DNA from: an uncultured Melioribacteraceae bacterium
Lineage (GTDB): Bacteria; Bacteroidota; Ignavibacteria; Ignavibacteriales; Melioribacteraceae
Direction: 5' to 3'
Assembly (NCBI GenBank): GCA_964611145.1
Contig: CAZSYM010000008.1
Coordinates: 8,132-72,131, forward strand
Length of the DNA stretch: 64,000 nt
Below are positions 48,711 through 58,338 of the stretch, in pieces. The notes under the pieces were generated by a model that was not told the origin of the DNA, did not search any database, and was given only the letters and a program-made list of their open reading frames with translations. The stretch's first letter is position 1. Each line of letters starts with the position of its first letter. Made by a program: the position numbers and the translations under genes.

Positions 48711-49061
48711 ATGATTAAACCTAAGAAAATAAAGCTGCTCTCAAAGGAAACCTTGCAAATAGAATGGGAAGACGGCGAAGTGTATGATTATCCCGTGAAA
48801 TATTTGCGGGACGAATCCCCTGACGCGGGCAACAAGGGCGAAACAATTCTTTGGAAACATTATGAACCTCCTAAAAAACAAAGCGACCGACCCGGTAAAT
48901 ATGAAATTGAAAAAATCGAAGTGGTGGGAAATTACGCAATAAATATTTTTTGGAAGGATGGAAATTCCGATGGGATTTATTCTTATGAACTTTTGAGAAA
49001 ATGGGGAAAGTATTTCAAAGTAACGAACGATTTGCATCAGGATTTTGAACATAGACATTAG
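48711..49061 (+). CDS. DUF971 domain protein (gamma-butyrobetaine hydroxylase-like N-terminal domain)
   Basis: 'LQIEWEDGEVYDYPVKYLRDESPDA' and 'YAINIFWKDGNSDGIYSYELL' are typical DUF971 halves. ATG 48711 is preferred to TTG 48705. Confidence 0.7.
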   Translation: MIKPKKIKLLSKETLQIEWEDGEVYDYPVKYLRDESPDAGNKGETILWKHYEPPKKQSDRPGKYEIEKIEVVGNYAINIFWKDGNSDGIYSYELLRKWGKYFKVTNDLHQDFEHRH

Positions 49062-49075
49062 AGCAGTGTTGCGGA

Positions 49076-50449
49076 ATGGGAAATTTTTCGAAAAGATTGT
49101 TTGAAAATTACGAGCGTTATAAAGAGCATTCCTTAAAAAACTCACGCTTTACCCATAAGGAAATAACCGAGTTGATTTCCCGACTCGGCGATGATTTTCA
49201 CATTCAAACAGCGGGGTATTCCCACAATCGCAGAGAGATTTTTAAGATAACGTTCGGGCAAGGTAAAACCAAAATTTTGCTTTGGTCTCAGATGCACGGC
49301 GACGAACCCACGGCAACAATGGCTCTTTTCGACATATTCAATTTTTTACAAGCCGACGATGAGTTTAATCCCTATCGAGAGAAAATTCGTAATGAGCTTA
49401 CCGTTGTTTTTCTTCCTTTTCTGAACCCCGACGGTGGAGAAGTTTTCACTCGAAGAAATGCGCTCGGAATAGATTTGAACAGAGACGCGCGCACTTTGGC
49501 AAGTAACGAGGCTAAGATTCTTGATTCGCTTGTGCGTGAATGTGCTCCCCGTTTTGCATTTAATCTGCACGATCAGAGCAAACGGTATTCCGTCGGCAAA
49601 GAGAAAAAGCCGGTATTGTTGGCTTTCCTTGCTCCTCCGTTCGATTATCACAAAAATTTGAGCCCTTCCAGAATCGAAGCCATGAAATTAATCTCTTTTT
49701 TATTTGAGTCCGTTTATGATTTTGCCGATGGGAAAATTGCAAGATACAAGGATGACCACGAACCTCGTTCTTTCGGCGATAGAATTCAAGGCATGGGCGT
49801 TTCTACGATTTTAATTGAATCCGGTAGAACCCCCGACCCTAACAGGAATTTCGTTAGAAAGCTGAATTTCCTTGCTTTGTTGCTGGCTTTCCACGCTATT
49901 GCAACAGGAGATTACGAGGCGCAAGATTTGGCTGTATATGAATCTATTCCTCAAAACGGCGAAGAGTATTTCGACCTTGTTTTGCGGAACGTTCTATGCG
50001 ACAATGTTCTTTGCGACGTGGGAATTAACAGAGATGAGTTTTATTCGGACAACGGCTTTTTTTATGTCGGGAAGATAGCGGATATAGGGGATTTGTCTTT
50101 TAGTTGGGGCATTGAGGAATTGAATGCCAAAGGTTTGACCGTTGTTAAAGGGGAAATATCTTCGGAAACTTTTGCACATGGAAAAACCGAAGAAATGCAA
50201 AAAGCTTTGCGGGAAACGGCGCAAGGTAATTTGTTCGCTTTTGCCGAAAAAGCGCCCGAGGGAAATTTTACTTCCCTTCCGATTAATTTGATTGTCGGCA
50301 ATAAAATTCCCGATACCAAAGTTATGACCGACAATTTCGCGAATTTTGTATTGAGGGATGAAAAGGGAATAAAATACGTAATCCTAAATGGTTTTTTATC
50401 CGCTCCCTACGAAGCGGATAAAATTAAAAATGCCTTGATTTACAGATGA
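49076..50449 (+). CDS. M14-family zinc carboxypeptidase
   Basis: Zinc ligands 'SQMHGDEPT' (HxxE) and 'FNLHDQ'. 'FLNPDGGE'. No obvious signal peptide. Confidence 0.85.
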   Translation: MGNFSKRLFENYERYKEHSLKNSRFTHKEITELISRLGDDFHIQTAGYSHNRREIFKITFGQGKTKILLWSQMHGDEPTATMALFDIFNFLQADDEFNPYREKIRNELTVVFLPFLNPDGGEVFTRRNALGIDLNRDARTLASNEAKILDSLVRECAPRFAFNLHDQSKRYSVGKEKKPVLLAFLAPPFDYHKNLSPSRIEAMKLISFLFESVYDFADGKIARYKDDHEPRSFGDRIQGMGVSTILIESGRTPDPNRNFVRKLNFLALLLAFHAIATGDYEAQDLAVYESIPQNGEEYFDLVLRNVLCDNVLCDVGINRDEFYSDNGFFYVGKIADIGDLSFSWGIEELNAKGLTVVKGEISSETFAHGKTEEMQKALRETAQGNLFAFAEKAPEGNFTSLPINLIVGNKIPDTKVMTDNFANFVLRDEKGIKYVILNGFLSAPYEADKIKNALIYR

Positions 50450-51396
50450 AGCGAGTCGGTAAGTTTTTTGAACGCGTCGTCAAATTCGCCGATTAGTTTT
50501 TCGAAGACCTCTTCGACGCTTAAAATTTCGTTCACAAGTCCCGCGGATTGTCCCGCTTCCAACATCCCTTCCTGAGTGTCGCCTTCGAAGATGCCAAGTT
50601 TTTCACGCTTGCCTTTCAGTAATTCCAGTAATTTCTCTTTCGGTTCTCCTTCGGTTTCGAGTTTTATTGCCAGCTCGGAAAGTTTGTTTTTTATTACCCG
50701 TGTTGGTGCCACTTGCCGAAAAATAAGCACGGTATCGTTGTCTTTTGCCTCGGCTATTTTTCTCTTGAAATTTTCGGCGGCGGAGGATTCAACCGTTGCG
50801 GCGAATCTTGTCCCCATTTGAACGCCCTCCGCTCCCAATGCCAATGCGGCAAGGATTCCCCGTCCGTCCGCTATTCCTCCGGCGGCAATGACGGGAATGT
50901 CGAGTGCATCGGCAAGTTGAGGGATAAGCGAAAATGTGGTTAACTCGTCTTTTCCGTTATGCCCACCGGCTTCCGTGCCTTCTCCCACTACGGCATCGCA
51001 GCCCGATTCTTGTGCCTTCAAGCCTTGCTTTACGGAGGCTACTACATGCACGACTTTTATTCCGTCTTCCTTGAAAAGCCTTATGAACTTCCCGGGATGA
51101 CCTGCCGATGTGAAAACTATTTTAATTTCTTCCTCTTTTATTATGCGAATCAAATCTTCGACGTCGCCGCGCAACAATGGCAAATTTACTCCGAACGGCT
51201 TTTGTGTTGTGGCTTTGCATTTTAAGATGTGCTCGCGGAGAAGTTCGGGTTTCATGGACCCCGCGCCTATCAGACCGAGCCCTCCGTTTTCGGAAACGGC
51301 GGAAGCAAGTTTCCAGCCCGATACCCAAACCATTCCGCCTTGAATAATCGGATGCTCTATTGAAAATAATTCCGTGATTCTGTTTTTAATTTTCAT
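50440..51396 (-). CDS. NAD(P)H-dependent flavin oxidoreductase (nitronate monooxygenase / FabK-like)
   Basis: 'HPIIQGGMVWVS', 'GGLGLIGAG', 'GTEAGGH', 'PVIAAGGIADGRG', 'GAEGVQMGTRF'. Confidence 0.85.
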   Translation of the reverse strand: MKIKNRITELFSIEHPIIQGGMVWVSGWKLASAVSENGGLGLIGAGSMKPELLREHILKCKATTQKPFGVNLPLLRGDVEDLIRIIKEEEIKIVFTSAGHPGKFIRLFKEDGIKVVHVVASVKQGLKAQESGCDAVVGEGTEAGGHNGKDELTTFSLIPQLADALDIPVIAAGGIADGRGILAALALGAEGVQMGTRFAATVESSAAENFKRKIAEAKDNDTVLIFRQVAPTRVIKNKLSELAIKLETEGEPKEKLLELLKGKREKLGIFEGDTQEGMLEAGQSAGLVNEILSVEEVFEKLIGEFDDAFKKLTDSLHL

Positions 51397-51406
51397 TTTA
51401 CTCGGA

Positions 51407-51982
51407 TTAAAAATGATAACCTATTCTAATGGAGATTTCAGGGTAAAGTTTTTGAGTATCGTAATAGTAACCGTTTATTATTATCGTTTTGTCGCCGTAA
51501 ACTCGTAAGTGTGCCGTTACGAAAGGGTTTAAGTAAAAACGGTATGAGAAAAACCAGAGATAGCCGATGGAGGCTGTGAGAAAGTATTCATCGAAATTCC
51601 CTTCGCCGCCTGTTAATTTCGCTCGTATGTTTCCCGCCGATTTTTCACCTCCGATTTCAAACCATAAATTGTTGAGACGATAGGAATTCGTGAAAGGGAA
51701 GTATTGTAAGTAAAGTCCTGTGGTGTTGTAATTGAGATTTTCGAAGTTTATGTCCGTCAAAAATTCGGAGGGATATTTCAGAGAGCGTGCAAGACGTATT
51801 TTAAAGCGATTGTATCCGCCCCAAAAATTGAAATCCCAGCCTCCGTAATAAAAAGGAACGGGGTCGAAAGAAGCGCCGAGCGTTATTTCTTCTTTAAGAG
51901 TAAGTTGCAGAGTATCTCGCGTTTGAGCGTTCAGCCCGCAGCCGAAAGGGATTATTAAAAGTAAAAGCCAAAATTTTTTCAT
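51407..51982 (-). CDS. Small outer-membrane beta-barrel protein (hypothetical)
   Basis: Signal peptide 'FWLLLLIIPFGCGLNAQ', alternating aromatic/hydrophilic strands, C-terminal 'RIGYHF' beta-signal ending in Phe. Confidence 0.6.
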   Translation of the reverse strand: MKKFWLLLLIIPFGCGLNAQTRDTLQLTLKEEITLGASFDPVPFYYGGWDFNFWGGYNRFKIRLARSLKYPSEFLTDINFENLNYNTTGLYLQYFPFTNSYRLNNLWFEIGGEKSAGNIRAKLTGGEGNFDEYFLTASIGYLWFFSYRFYLNPFVTAHLRVYGDKTIIINGYYYDTQKLYPEISIRIGYHF

Positions 51983-52067
51983 AGTTTAAATATCCGAAAT
52001 TTATTGGATGTTAAATTTATTAAAATTATTTTTAAAGAAGTCGAGTCAAAAAAGATAAAGGGATATC

Positions 52068-53228
52068 GTGAGCATAAGGACGTTTGTGGGAACTCTGTTT
52101 GTTATGATTGTTTTTCTTGTGGGAAGCGCGCAAGGAAAATCTTTGAGGGAAAGAGATTCGTTGATTACAATCGGCATAAATCAAATCTATGGTATCAAAT
52201 TCGATTCCGCTCGTATTACTTTCGGAAAAGTGTTAAGGAAGTATCCCGATGACCCCGCTGGTAAATTTTTTGATGCAATGATACTTTGGTGGCAAATAAT
52301 GTTGGATTTGGAGAACGAATCTTATGATAAAGAATTTATTCGCAAGCTTACGGAAACAGTAGAATTTTGTGATGAAATCCTGGGGAAAAATCCTACGGAT
52401 ACCCGCGCTATGTTTTTCAAGGGAGGCGCGCTCGGTTTCCGAGGCAGACTTTATTCCATACGAAAGGAGTTTTTCAAAGCGGCTTTGGATGCCAAAGATG
52501 CGCTTCCGTATATAGGGAAAATTCATAAGCTCGACCCGAAAAACATCGATGTGATTTTGGGATTCGGTATTTACAATTTTTATGCGGTCGCCATTCCCGA
52601 AAAATACCCGTTTATTAAACCTTTTATGGTCTTCTTTCCGGGCGGGAATAAGGAAAAAGGCTTGCGTCAATTGCGAGAGGTGGCATATCATGGAAATTTC
52701 GCTAAAATAGAAGCGAATTATTTTCTGTTGCAGGTTTATTATTCATTCGAAAAAAATGTGGATTCCGCTTTCGCTTATGCTAAAAGACTTTTTTCATGGT
52801 TTCCGAACAATCCCGTTTTTAACGCTTATTACGGACGAACATTTGCTCGGCGTGGGGATTGGAGAAAAACGGCCGAGGTTTTCCGTGGCGTTTATAATAA
52901 ATGCAAAAGGAATTTCCCCGGTTATAACGAGAAAGTTTTAAGAGAAGCGGCGTATTATATCGGGAATTGGTTTAAAATCGAAGGCAAAATGGATTCCGCT
53001 ATTGTGTATTTGAGAATTTCTCAACTCCTTTCGGAAAAATTAGACGTCAAAAAGCAAACGGGCTTTCTGGCAAATTCCCTTCTTTACTTGGGAATGGCGT
53101 ATGATGCTTTGGGCTATCGGGATTTGGCCGTTCAAAAATACAAGGAAACGTTGAAGGTGAAGGATTTTCACAATTCCCACTCCCTTGCTAAAAAATATTT
53201 GAGGCACCCTTACAAATTTCTGAAATAG
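52068..53228 (+). CDS. Secreted tetratricopeptide-repeat protein
   Basis: GTG start, signal peptide 'LFVMIVFLVGSAQG', multiple TPR-like helix pairs ('AYYIGNWFKIEGKMDSAIVYL', 'LLYLGMAYDALGYRDLAVQKYKE'). Confidence 0.7.
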   Translation: MSIRTFVGTLFVMIVFLVGSAQGKSLRERDSLITIGINQIYGIKFDSARITFGKVLRKYPDDPAGKFFDAMILWWQIMLDLENESYDKEFIRKLTETVEFCDEILGKNPTDTRAMFFKGGALGFRGRLYSIRKEFFKAALDAKDALPYIGKIHKLDPKNIDVILGFGIYNFYAVAIPEKYPFIKPFMVFFPGGNKEKGLRQLREVAYHGNFAKIEANYFLLQVYYSFEKNVDSAFAYAKRLFSWFPNNPVFNAYYGRTFARRGDWRKTAEVFRGVYNKCKRNFPGYNEKVLREAAYYIGNWFKIEGKMDSAIVYLRISQLLSEKLDVKKQTGFLANSLLYLGMAYDALGYRDLAVQKYKETLKVKDFHNSHSLAKKYLRHPYKFLK

Positions 53229-53231
53229 GGA

Positions 53232-54164
53232 TTAAAATTCCGTTGTGATTCCTATTCTGTGCAAGCCTCCGATTGAGCCGAGTGAGGAATAAGCATAATC
53301 GAGTCTGTAACGGGCGATTCGCATACCAAGCCCGATATTAAGCCCAGCCAAGCCCGCACCGGTGCCTATTTTCAAATCCTGCCGTGCCTCGTTGTCGAAC
53401 CCGAAACGTAAGCGGATAACTTTACCGAATCGGAATTCCCCGCCGAGGGAAAAGGCTTTTAATCTTTCGCCAATATCCTCCGCTTCGCGGTTTAATTTGT
53501 CTATGGAAATGTAAAACGTGAAAGGAAGATGAGCCAATGTTTTGGAGATGCCGATTTTTACATCCAAAGGCAAGGATTCTTTTGTCCCGGCGTAGGAGGA
53601 AAGTTGTGTGCCCGCATTGGAAATTGAGAATCCGAAATTCCACATGCTGGCGGGAATGGAATAAAGCAATCCCACATCGAAGGCAATGGCGGTGGAGTAT
53701 CTGTCGTCTATACCGGAATAAATGAATTTTACATTTGCTCCGTAATAGAAATTCTTATCGAACTCGTTTGAATATGCAATCAGAAATGCCATATCCGCGG
53801 CTCCGAATTCGCCTGTCTTATTGCCGAATTTATCCGCCCGTGTGAATTTGCCGTAATTTATGTATTGTATTCCTCCCGATACTCTCCCGATTTTTTCAAA
53901 TATTCGCGAATAAGCCACGCTTGCGGAATTTATATCAAGAAGATGTTTTAGATAGGAGAAAGATACTTGTTGCCCCGTAAGCAAATTTAAACCTGCAGGG
54001 TTGTAAAAAATCAGATTCGGGTCGTCCGTGTTGGCGACGAATGCTCCCGCCAGCGCCGCCGCACGAGGGGATACGTCCATTCTTAAAAAGTCGAATACGC
54101 TCTGACTTTTTGAAACGGTGGAGAGTAAAGTAAAAATTGCAATTGTCGTAATTAGCTTTTTCAT
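53232..54164 (-). CDS. PorV/PorQ-family outer-membrane beta-barrel (T9SS-associated; size fits PorQ)
   Basis: Signal peptide. N-terminal 'VSPRAAALAGAFVANTDDPNLIFYNPAGL' block characteristic of the PorV/PorQ family. 310 aa. Ends '...GITTEF'. Confidence 0.7.
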   Translation of the reverse strand: MKKLITTIAIFTLLSTVSKSQSVFDFLRMDVSPRAAALAGAFVANTDDPNLIFYNPAGLNLLTGQQVSFSYLKHLLDINSASVAYSRIFEKIGRVSGGIQYINYGKFTRADKFGNKTGEFGAADMAFLIAYSNEFDKNFYYGANVKFIYSGIDDRYSTAIAFDVGLLYSIPASMWNFGFSISNAGTQLSSYAGTKESLPLDVKIGISKTLAHLPFTFYISIDKLNREAEDIGERLKAFSLGGEFRFGKVIRLRFGFDNEARQDLKIGTGAGLAGLNIGLGMRIARYRLDYAYSSLGSIGGLHRIGITTEF

Positions 54165-54272
54165 AATTCCTCAAAATTTAACTTCGATATTAAAAATAAT
54201 GGGGAATAAAGGCAAGGGCAATTTTCTCGGAGCCCGAGGCGATTCATTAAAGTCATAAAATCTTTTGAAGCG

Positions 54273-54301
54273 ATTTTGAAAATCCGTGAAAATTTTCAAA
54301 T
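54273..54301. promoter_or_regulatory. AT-rich inverted repeat upstream of the first TonB receptor gene (candidate operator or 5' leader hairpin)
   Basis: TTTGAAAAT (54275-54283) / ATTTTCAAA (54292-54300) with an 8-nt spacer. TGAAAAT also occurs as a direct repeat at 54277 and 54287. Lies 24 nt upstream of the ATG at 54324. Confidence 0.3.
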
Positions 54302-54323
54302 TTAAAAATCAAATTTTCCTACG

Positions 54324-56564
54324 ATGAGAAAAAAAGTTTACATATTGTCATATCTGATTCTGTTTTTGGCGCCTGCTGTTTTGCGTGCCCAATACGAGGG
54401 GAAAATACGCGGCTTCGTTTCCGATTCCTTGAGCGGTGAACCTTTGGCTTTTGCGAATGTTTTGATTGAGGAATTAAATTACGGCGCTTCCACGGACGAA
54501 AAAGGTTTTTTCCTAATGACAAACATTCCCCCGAATAAATATTACGATGTATTGGTTTCTTATGTCGGCTATGCTTCCGAGCGATTGAAAATATTTGTGG
54601 GGAAAAGGAAAATAACGGAATTACATTTTCTCCTGAAACCGGCAAGTGTTTGGCTTAATACGGTAGAGAAAGTGGGGGAAAAGGTTGTGGAGGAAAACAC
54701 GGCGGATTTGGGTTTGGAAAGAATAGCCGTTAAGGATTTGGAAACGGTGCCGCGTGGAGTCGAAGCGGATGTCCTCCGTTCTTTGCAGTATTTACCGGGT
54801 GTTAGTTCCGCGGGGGATATTTCCGCACGCTATAATGTCCGCGGCGGCGCTAGCAATCAAAACTTGATTTTATTGGATAATGTTACTCTTTACAATCCTT
54901 TCCATGCTTTCGGGATTTTCAGTGTTATTGACCCTGAAATAATTAACAATGTGGAATTTTATAAAAGCGGTTTTCCCGTTGAACATGGCGGGCGAATTTC
55001 TTCCATAATGAAAATAACTACCAAAGAAGGGAATAAATTTCACTACGGTGCCAAAGCAAGCGTTAGTTTTCTTACCGCCAAGGCTTATGCGGAAGGTCCC
55101 ATACCCCACGGCTCTTTTTATATAGACGGGCGGAAAAGTTATTCGAATTCGATTCTTAAAAAATTTCTGGGCGAGAAAAACATTCCTTTCGATTTTTATG
55201 ATTATGCTTTTAAGGTTACTTATCATAATCCGAGCAAAAAGTTTATAGATAATTCGAAATGGACATTGCACGGCTTTTTTAGCAAGGATGCCACTAAAAA
55301 TATAGGGGGAATCAAAGAAAAATTTTCCTGGCGCAACAGCTTGATAGGGCTTAAAAGATTTCAGGTTTATTCCACTCCCTTATACTCGGAGCTTTGCCTT
55401 TCTCTCAGCGATTCAAAAGGGGAAATTCTCCCCGGCGGAGCGCGGAGTAGGGAAAAGAAAAACGAGGTTCATGATTTTTCCTTGCGAATGGATTTCCATT
55501 ATATTTATGATTCCAGCGACGAGCTGGGCGTGGGGTTTTCTTTTAAAGCTATTCGTACCCGACTTTCTTTTCTTAATCCGACGGGAGTAAAATCGGATAT
55601 AAATGATTTCGGCGCGAATATAAGTATTTATGGGAAATATCTGTTTCGAAATAATAAGAAATACGGGCTGGACTTAGGTTTGAGGGTGAATCTGGAAGGC
55701 TTGAAGGATAGGGGAAATTTCTTTATAGAGCCGCGAATAAATTTCACTTACCTTCTTTCGAAGACTTTTAAACTTAAAGCGGCTTTCGGTTCGTATCAGC
55801 AGGGAATTACAACTCTTACGGACGAATCGGATGTTGTCCCGCTTTTTGAACCATGGTTCTTGACTCCCGGTTATCTTACTCCGGCAAGGGCGGAGCATTT
55901 TAATTTCGGCGTGTTTACGAATTTTTCCAAATCCGTTATTTTTAATGCGGAGCTTTATTTAAAATCCATGCAACATTTGCCCGAAATAAATAAGGAAAAG
56001 AAATTGCCCGAACAACCCGACCTGGTGGAGGCTTCTGGCGAAAGCTACGGTGTGGAATCTTTTTTGCGAATACTTTTGCCTCCGATAAGATTTACCGCTT
56101 CGTATTCGTGGGCTTATTCTTACAAAATAAACGATGGAAGGAAATATTTCCCGAATTATGATTCGCGCAACACCGTTAAATTGTTCCTGGAATTTAACGC
56201 TGGCAAAGGCTGGTATTTCACTTCCGCATGGATATTTCATTCGGGGCGTCCCTTCACTCCGACTGTGGGTTATTACGACAAATTTTATTTCGATCATCCG
56301 GGTTTTGGCGATTGGGAAATTTACGAATCCTATTTGCCCTTTTTGATTTTGGGAGAAAAAAACGCTTCTCGACTTCCCGCTTATCACCGTTTGGATATGA
56401 GCCTGATGAAGAATTTCACGATTGGGCGGTATAAATTCAATTTCAACGTCAGCATTATCAATGTTTACGACAGAAAAAATGTTTTCTATTTCGAGCGGGA
56501 CACAGGCAAGCGAGTGAATATGCTACCTTTCTTACCGACGGCAACTTTGAAGGTGGAAATATGA
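54324..56564 (+). CDS. TonB-dependent receptor with N-terminal CarboxypepD_reg-like domain (copy 1)
   Basis: Signal peptide. 'GKIRGFVSDSLSGEPLAFANVLIEELNYGASTDEKGFF' (CarboxypepD_reg). Plug 'ISARYNVRGGASNQNLILLDNVTLYNPFHAFG'. ~540-aa barrel. Confidence 0.88.
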   Translation: MRKKVYILSYLILFLAPAVLRAQYEGKIRGFVSDSLSGEPLAFANVLIEELNYGASTDEKGFFLMTNIPPNKYYDVLVSYVGYASERLKIFVGKRKITELHFLLKPASVWLNTVEKVGEKVVEENTADLGLERIAVKDLETVPRGVEADVLRSLQYLPGVSSAGDISARYNVRGGASNQNLILLDNVTLYNPFHAFGIFSVIDPEIINNVEFYKSGFPVEHGGRISSIMKITTKEGNKFHYGAKASVSFLTAKAYAEGPIPHGSFYIDGRKSYSNSILKKFLGEKNIPFDFYDYAFKVTYHNPSKKFIDNSKWTLHGFFSKDATKNIGGIKEKFSWRNSLIGLKRFQVYSTPLYSELCLSLSDSKGEILPGGARSREKKNEVHDFSLRMDFHYIYDSSDELGVGFSFKAIRTRLSFLNPTGVKSDINDFGANISIYGKYLFRNNKKYGLDLGLRVNLEGLKDRGNFFIEPRINFTYLLSKTFKLKAAFGSYQQGITTLTDESDVVPLFEPWFLTPGYLTPARAEHFNFGVFTNFSKSVIFNAELYLKSMQHLPEINKEKKLPEQPDLVEASGESYGVESFLRILLPPIRFTASYSWAYSYKINDGRKYFPNYDSRNTVKLFLEFNAGKGWYFTSAWIFHSGRPFTPTVGYYDKFYFDHPGFGDWEIYESYLPFLILGEKNASRLPAYHRLDMSLMKNFTIGRYKFNFNVSIINVYDRKNVFYFERDTGKRVNMLPFLPTATLKVEI

Positions 56565-57496
56565 ATGCAAGAAGGCTTTTTTGGTTAGGAATTTTTGCGG
56601 TGATGCTTGTCTCTTGCAAAGATGAGGTGTTGGTGCAAACTACTTTTCAGAAAAAATATTCTCTCAATTGTATTTTGCGCGGAGATACGTCGTTTCAAGT
56701 GGCGGTTCTTACGCAGAGCTATCCCCGACCTGCCGAAAACGAAGTCTTTGCTCCTTATTTGAAAAATGCTCAGGTTGAACTTTCGATGGGAAAATTTTCC
56801 GTGATTATGCGCGATTCCTCTGTGGCTCGGAAAGATACCCAACGTTACAAAGATAGTGTTTATTTTTATTACGCATCGAATTTTTCATTGATTCCGCAAA
56901 ATGTGGCAAAAATAAAAGCCGTTCTGGAAGATGGAACCGTTCTAAGCGGTGAAACCGAAATTCCCAGAAAAGTGGATTACGACGGAGCTAAGATTACGCG
57001 AATCATCCCTCCGCAGATTGGAGACAGTATTTATATCGCATGGAAACCTTTGGAGTCGGATTTGCTTTATGCCTTGAAATTGAAAATAATTTACTTTCAT
57101 TACGAAGGAGGGGAATTCAAGAAAAAAGAAATGGAAGTACCGCTTAGATACGAAAACGGAAAAGCGATTTATCCTCGCCCCGGCTTCGATGCCGAGATTC
57201 GCTTTCCGCTCAATGCTTTTAACGAAACGATGAACAGAATTTCCGACGGGGATCCCCAGAAAGCGGATTATTTTATTTTGAAAGCCCGAGCCGTGTTGGT
57301 CGTCTATGATAGAAACCTTTCCGCGTACTATTCCGCCACGCATTTTCTCGATGAATATTCCCTTCGTCTTGATGAATTGGATTTTTCCAATATCGACGGA
57401 GGTTTTGGCGTCTTCGGCTCATATCTGAAAATAATAACCGATATTGCCATAGATGAAAATTATATTGTTTCCTATGGTTACCGTGTAAAAAGATAA
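56561..57496 (+). CDS. DUF4249-like lipoprotein (copy 1)
   Basis: Lipobox 'MLVSC'. C-terminal 'SNIDGGFGVFGSY' block. ATGA overlap with the receptor stop. The pairing with a CarboxypepD_reg TonB receptor is typical of DUF4249. Confidence 0.65.
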   Translation: MNARRLFWLGIFAVMLVSCKDEVLVQTTFQKKYSLNCILRGDTSFQVAVLTQSYPRPAENEVFAPYLKNAQVELSMGKFSVIMRDSSVARKDTQRYKDSVYFYYASNFSLIPQNVAKIKAVLEDGTVLSGETEIPRKVDYDGAKITRIIPPQIGDSIYIAWKPLESDLLYALKLKIIYFHYEGGEFKKKEMEVPLRYENGKAIYPRPGFDAEIRFPLNAFNETMNRISDGDPQKADYFILKARAVLVVYDRNLSAYYSATHFLDEYSLRLDELDFSNIDGGFGVFGSYLKIITDIAIDENYIVSYGYRVKR

Positions 57497-57605
57497 ATGT
57501 ATTTCTCGATTACCGCATAACGGTGGAACTTAAGGGAGCGAAGGAAACCGAACGAAGGCAAGAGGTGTAAAAACGGCGGGAAAATAAAAAAACAAGGAGG
57601 TGGAG

Positions 57606-58166
57606 ATGATCAACATTTTTGTTAGTAGCGCGGTTAGGCACAGGTTCAGAAAAAATTCTTTGATAATAGGGAGCTTGTTCCTTATTTCGGGACTTATTTC
57701 CATATTTGTGCCTGCTGTTACTTCTTTCGCACTTTCGTATTTATTGGGTGTGCTTTTTATTTTCGGTAGCGTTATTTCAGCTTTTCATGTTGCACAAAGT
57801 TACAATAGAAAATGGGTGGCATGGTTCAAACCGATTGTCCTTTTTATCATTGGGGCGGTGATTTTCGCCGAGCCGTTGACAGGTGTGGCGGCTATGGGAT
57901 TGTTGCTGATGATTTACTTTTTCTTTGACGGCTTTGCCGGAATCTTTTTGGGATTGGAATTTCGTCCCATCACCGGTTGGTTCTGGATGGTTCTCGACGG
58001 TGCAATTTCCTTTTTAATCGGATTGATTTTCCTTTTCGGCTGGCCTATCAGCGCAATTTGGTTAATAGGTTTGCTTGTGGGAATAAGCCTTGTGGCTGAT
58101 GGTGTGGCTTTGATCCTTTTGGGTATGGCTCTCCCGAAATACGAAGGTTTTCCCGCCGAGATTTGA
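57606..58166 (+). CDS. HdeD/DUF308 family membrane protein
   Basis: Six hydrophobic helices with repeated 'G..i..G...i..G' DUF308 pattern. AAGGAGG (57594-57600) precedes the ATG at 57606. The track start GTG 57600 is less likely. Confidence 0.7.
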   Translation: MINIFVSSAVRHRFRKNSLIIGSLFLISGLISIFVPAVTSFALSYLLGVLFIFGSVISAFHVAQSYNRKWVAWFKPIVLFIIGAVIFAEPLTGVAAMGLLLMIYFFFDGFAGIFLGLEFRPITGWFWMVLDGAISFLIGLIFLFGWPISAIWLIGLLVGISLVADGVALILLGMALPKYEGFPAEI

Positions 58167-58174
58167 TACTCTAA

Positions 58175-58197
58175 CCGGAGGGGGAACTCCCCTCCGG
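58175..58197 (+). terminator. GC-rich hairpin after the HdeD-like gene (possible terminator, no U-tract)
   Basis: CCGGAGGGG (58175-58183) / CCCCTCCGG (58189-58197), 5-nt loop. Confidence 0.5.
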
Positions 58198-58338
58198 GAA
58201 CGTTCAAACATTATATAAAACCTTTTCTTAGCGACGAATTCCAAAGTAAAGGGAACTTTTTGTCTTTTAATTCGACTCATTTTCGTATGAATTTTTATTT
58301 CTATAGATTTCGTCTTCGAAAATTGGAATTAGGTAAAA

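Noticed and set aside
57497-57599. Purine-rich 103-nt leader upstream of the HdeD-like gene as a riboswitch
   Set aside because: Only 3-4-bp helices can be drawn, and it matches no riboswitch consensus I know. Probably just a promoter and RBS region.
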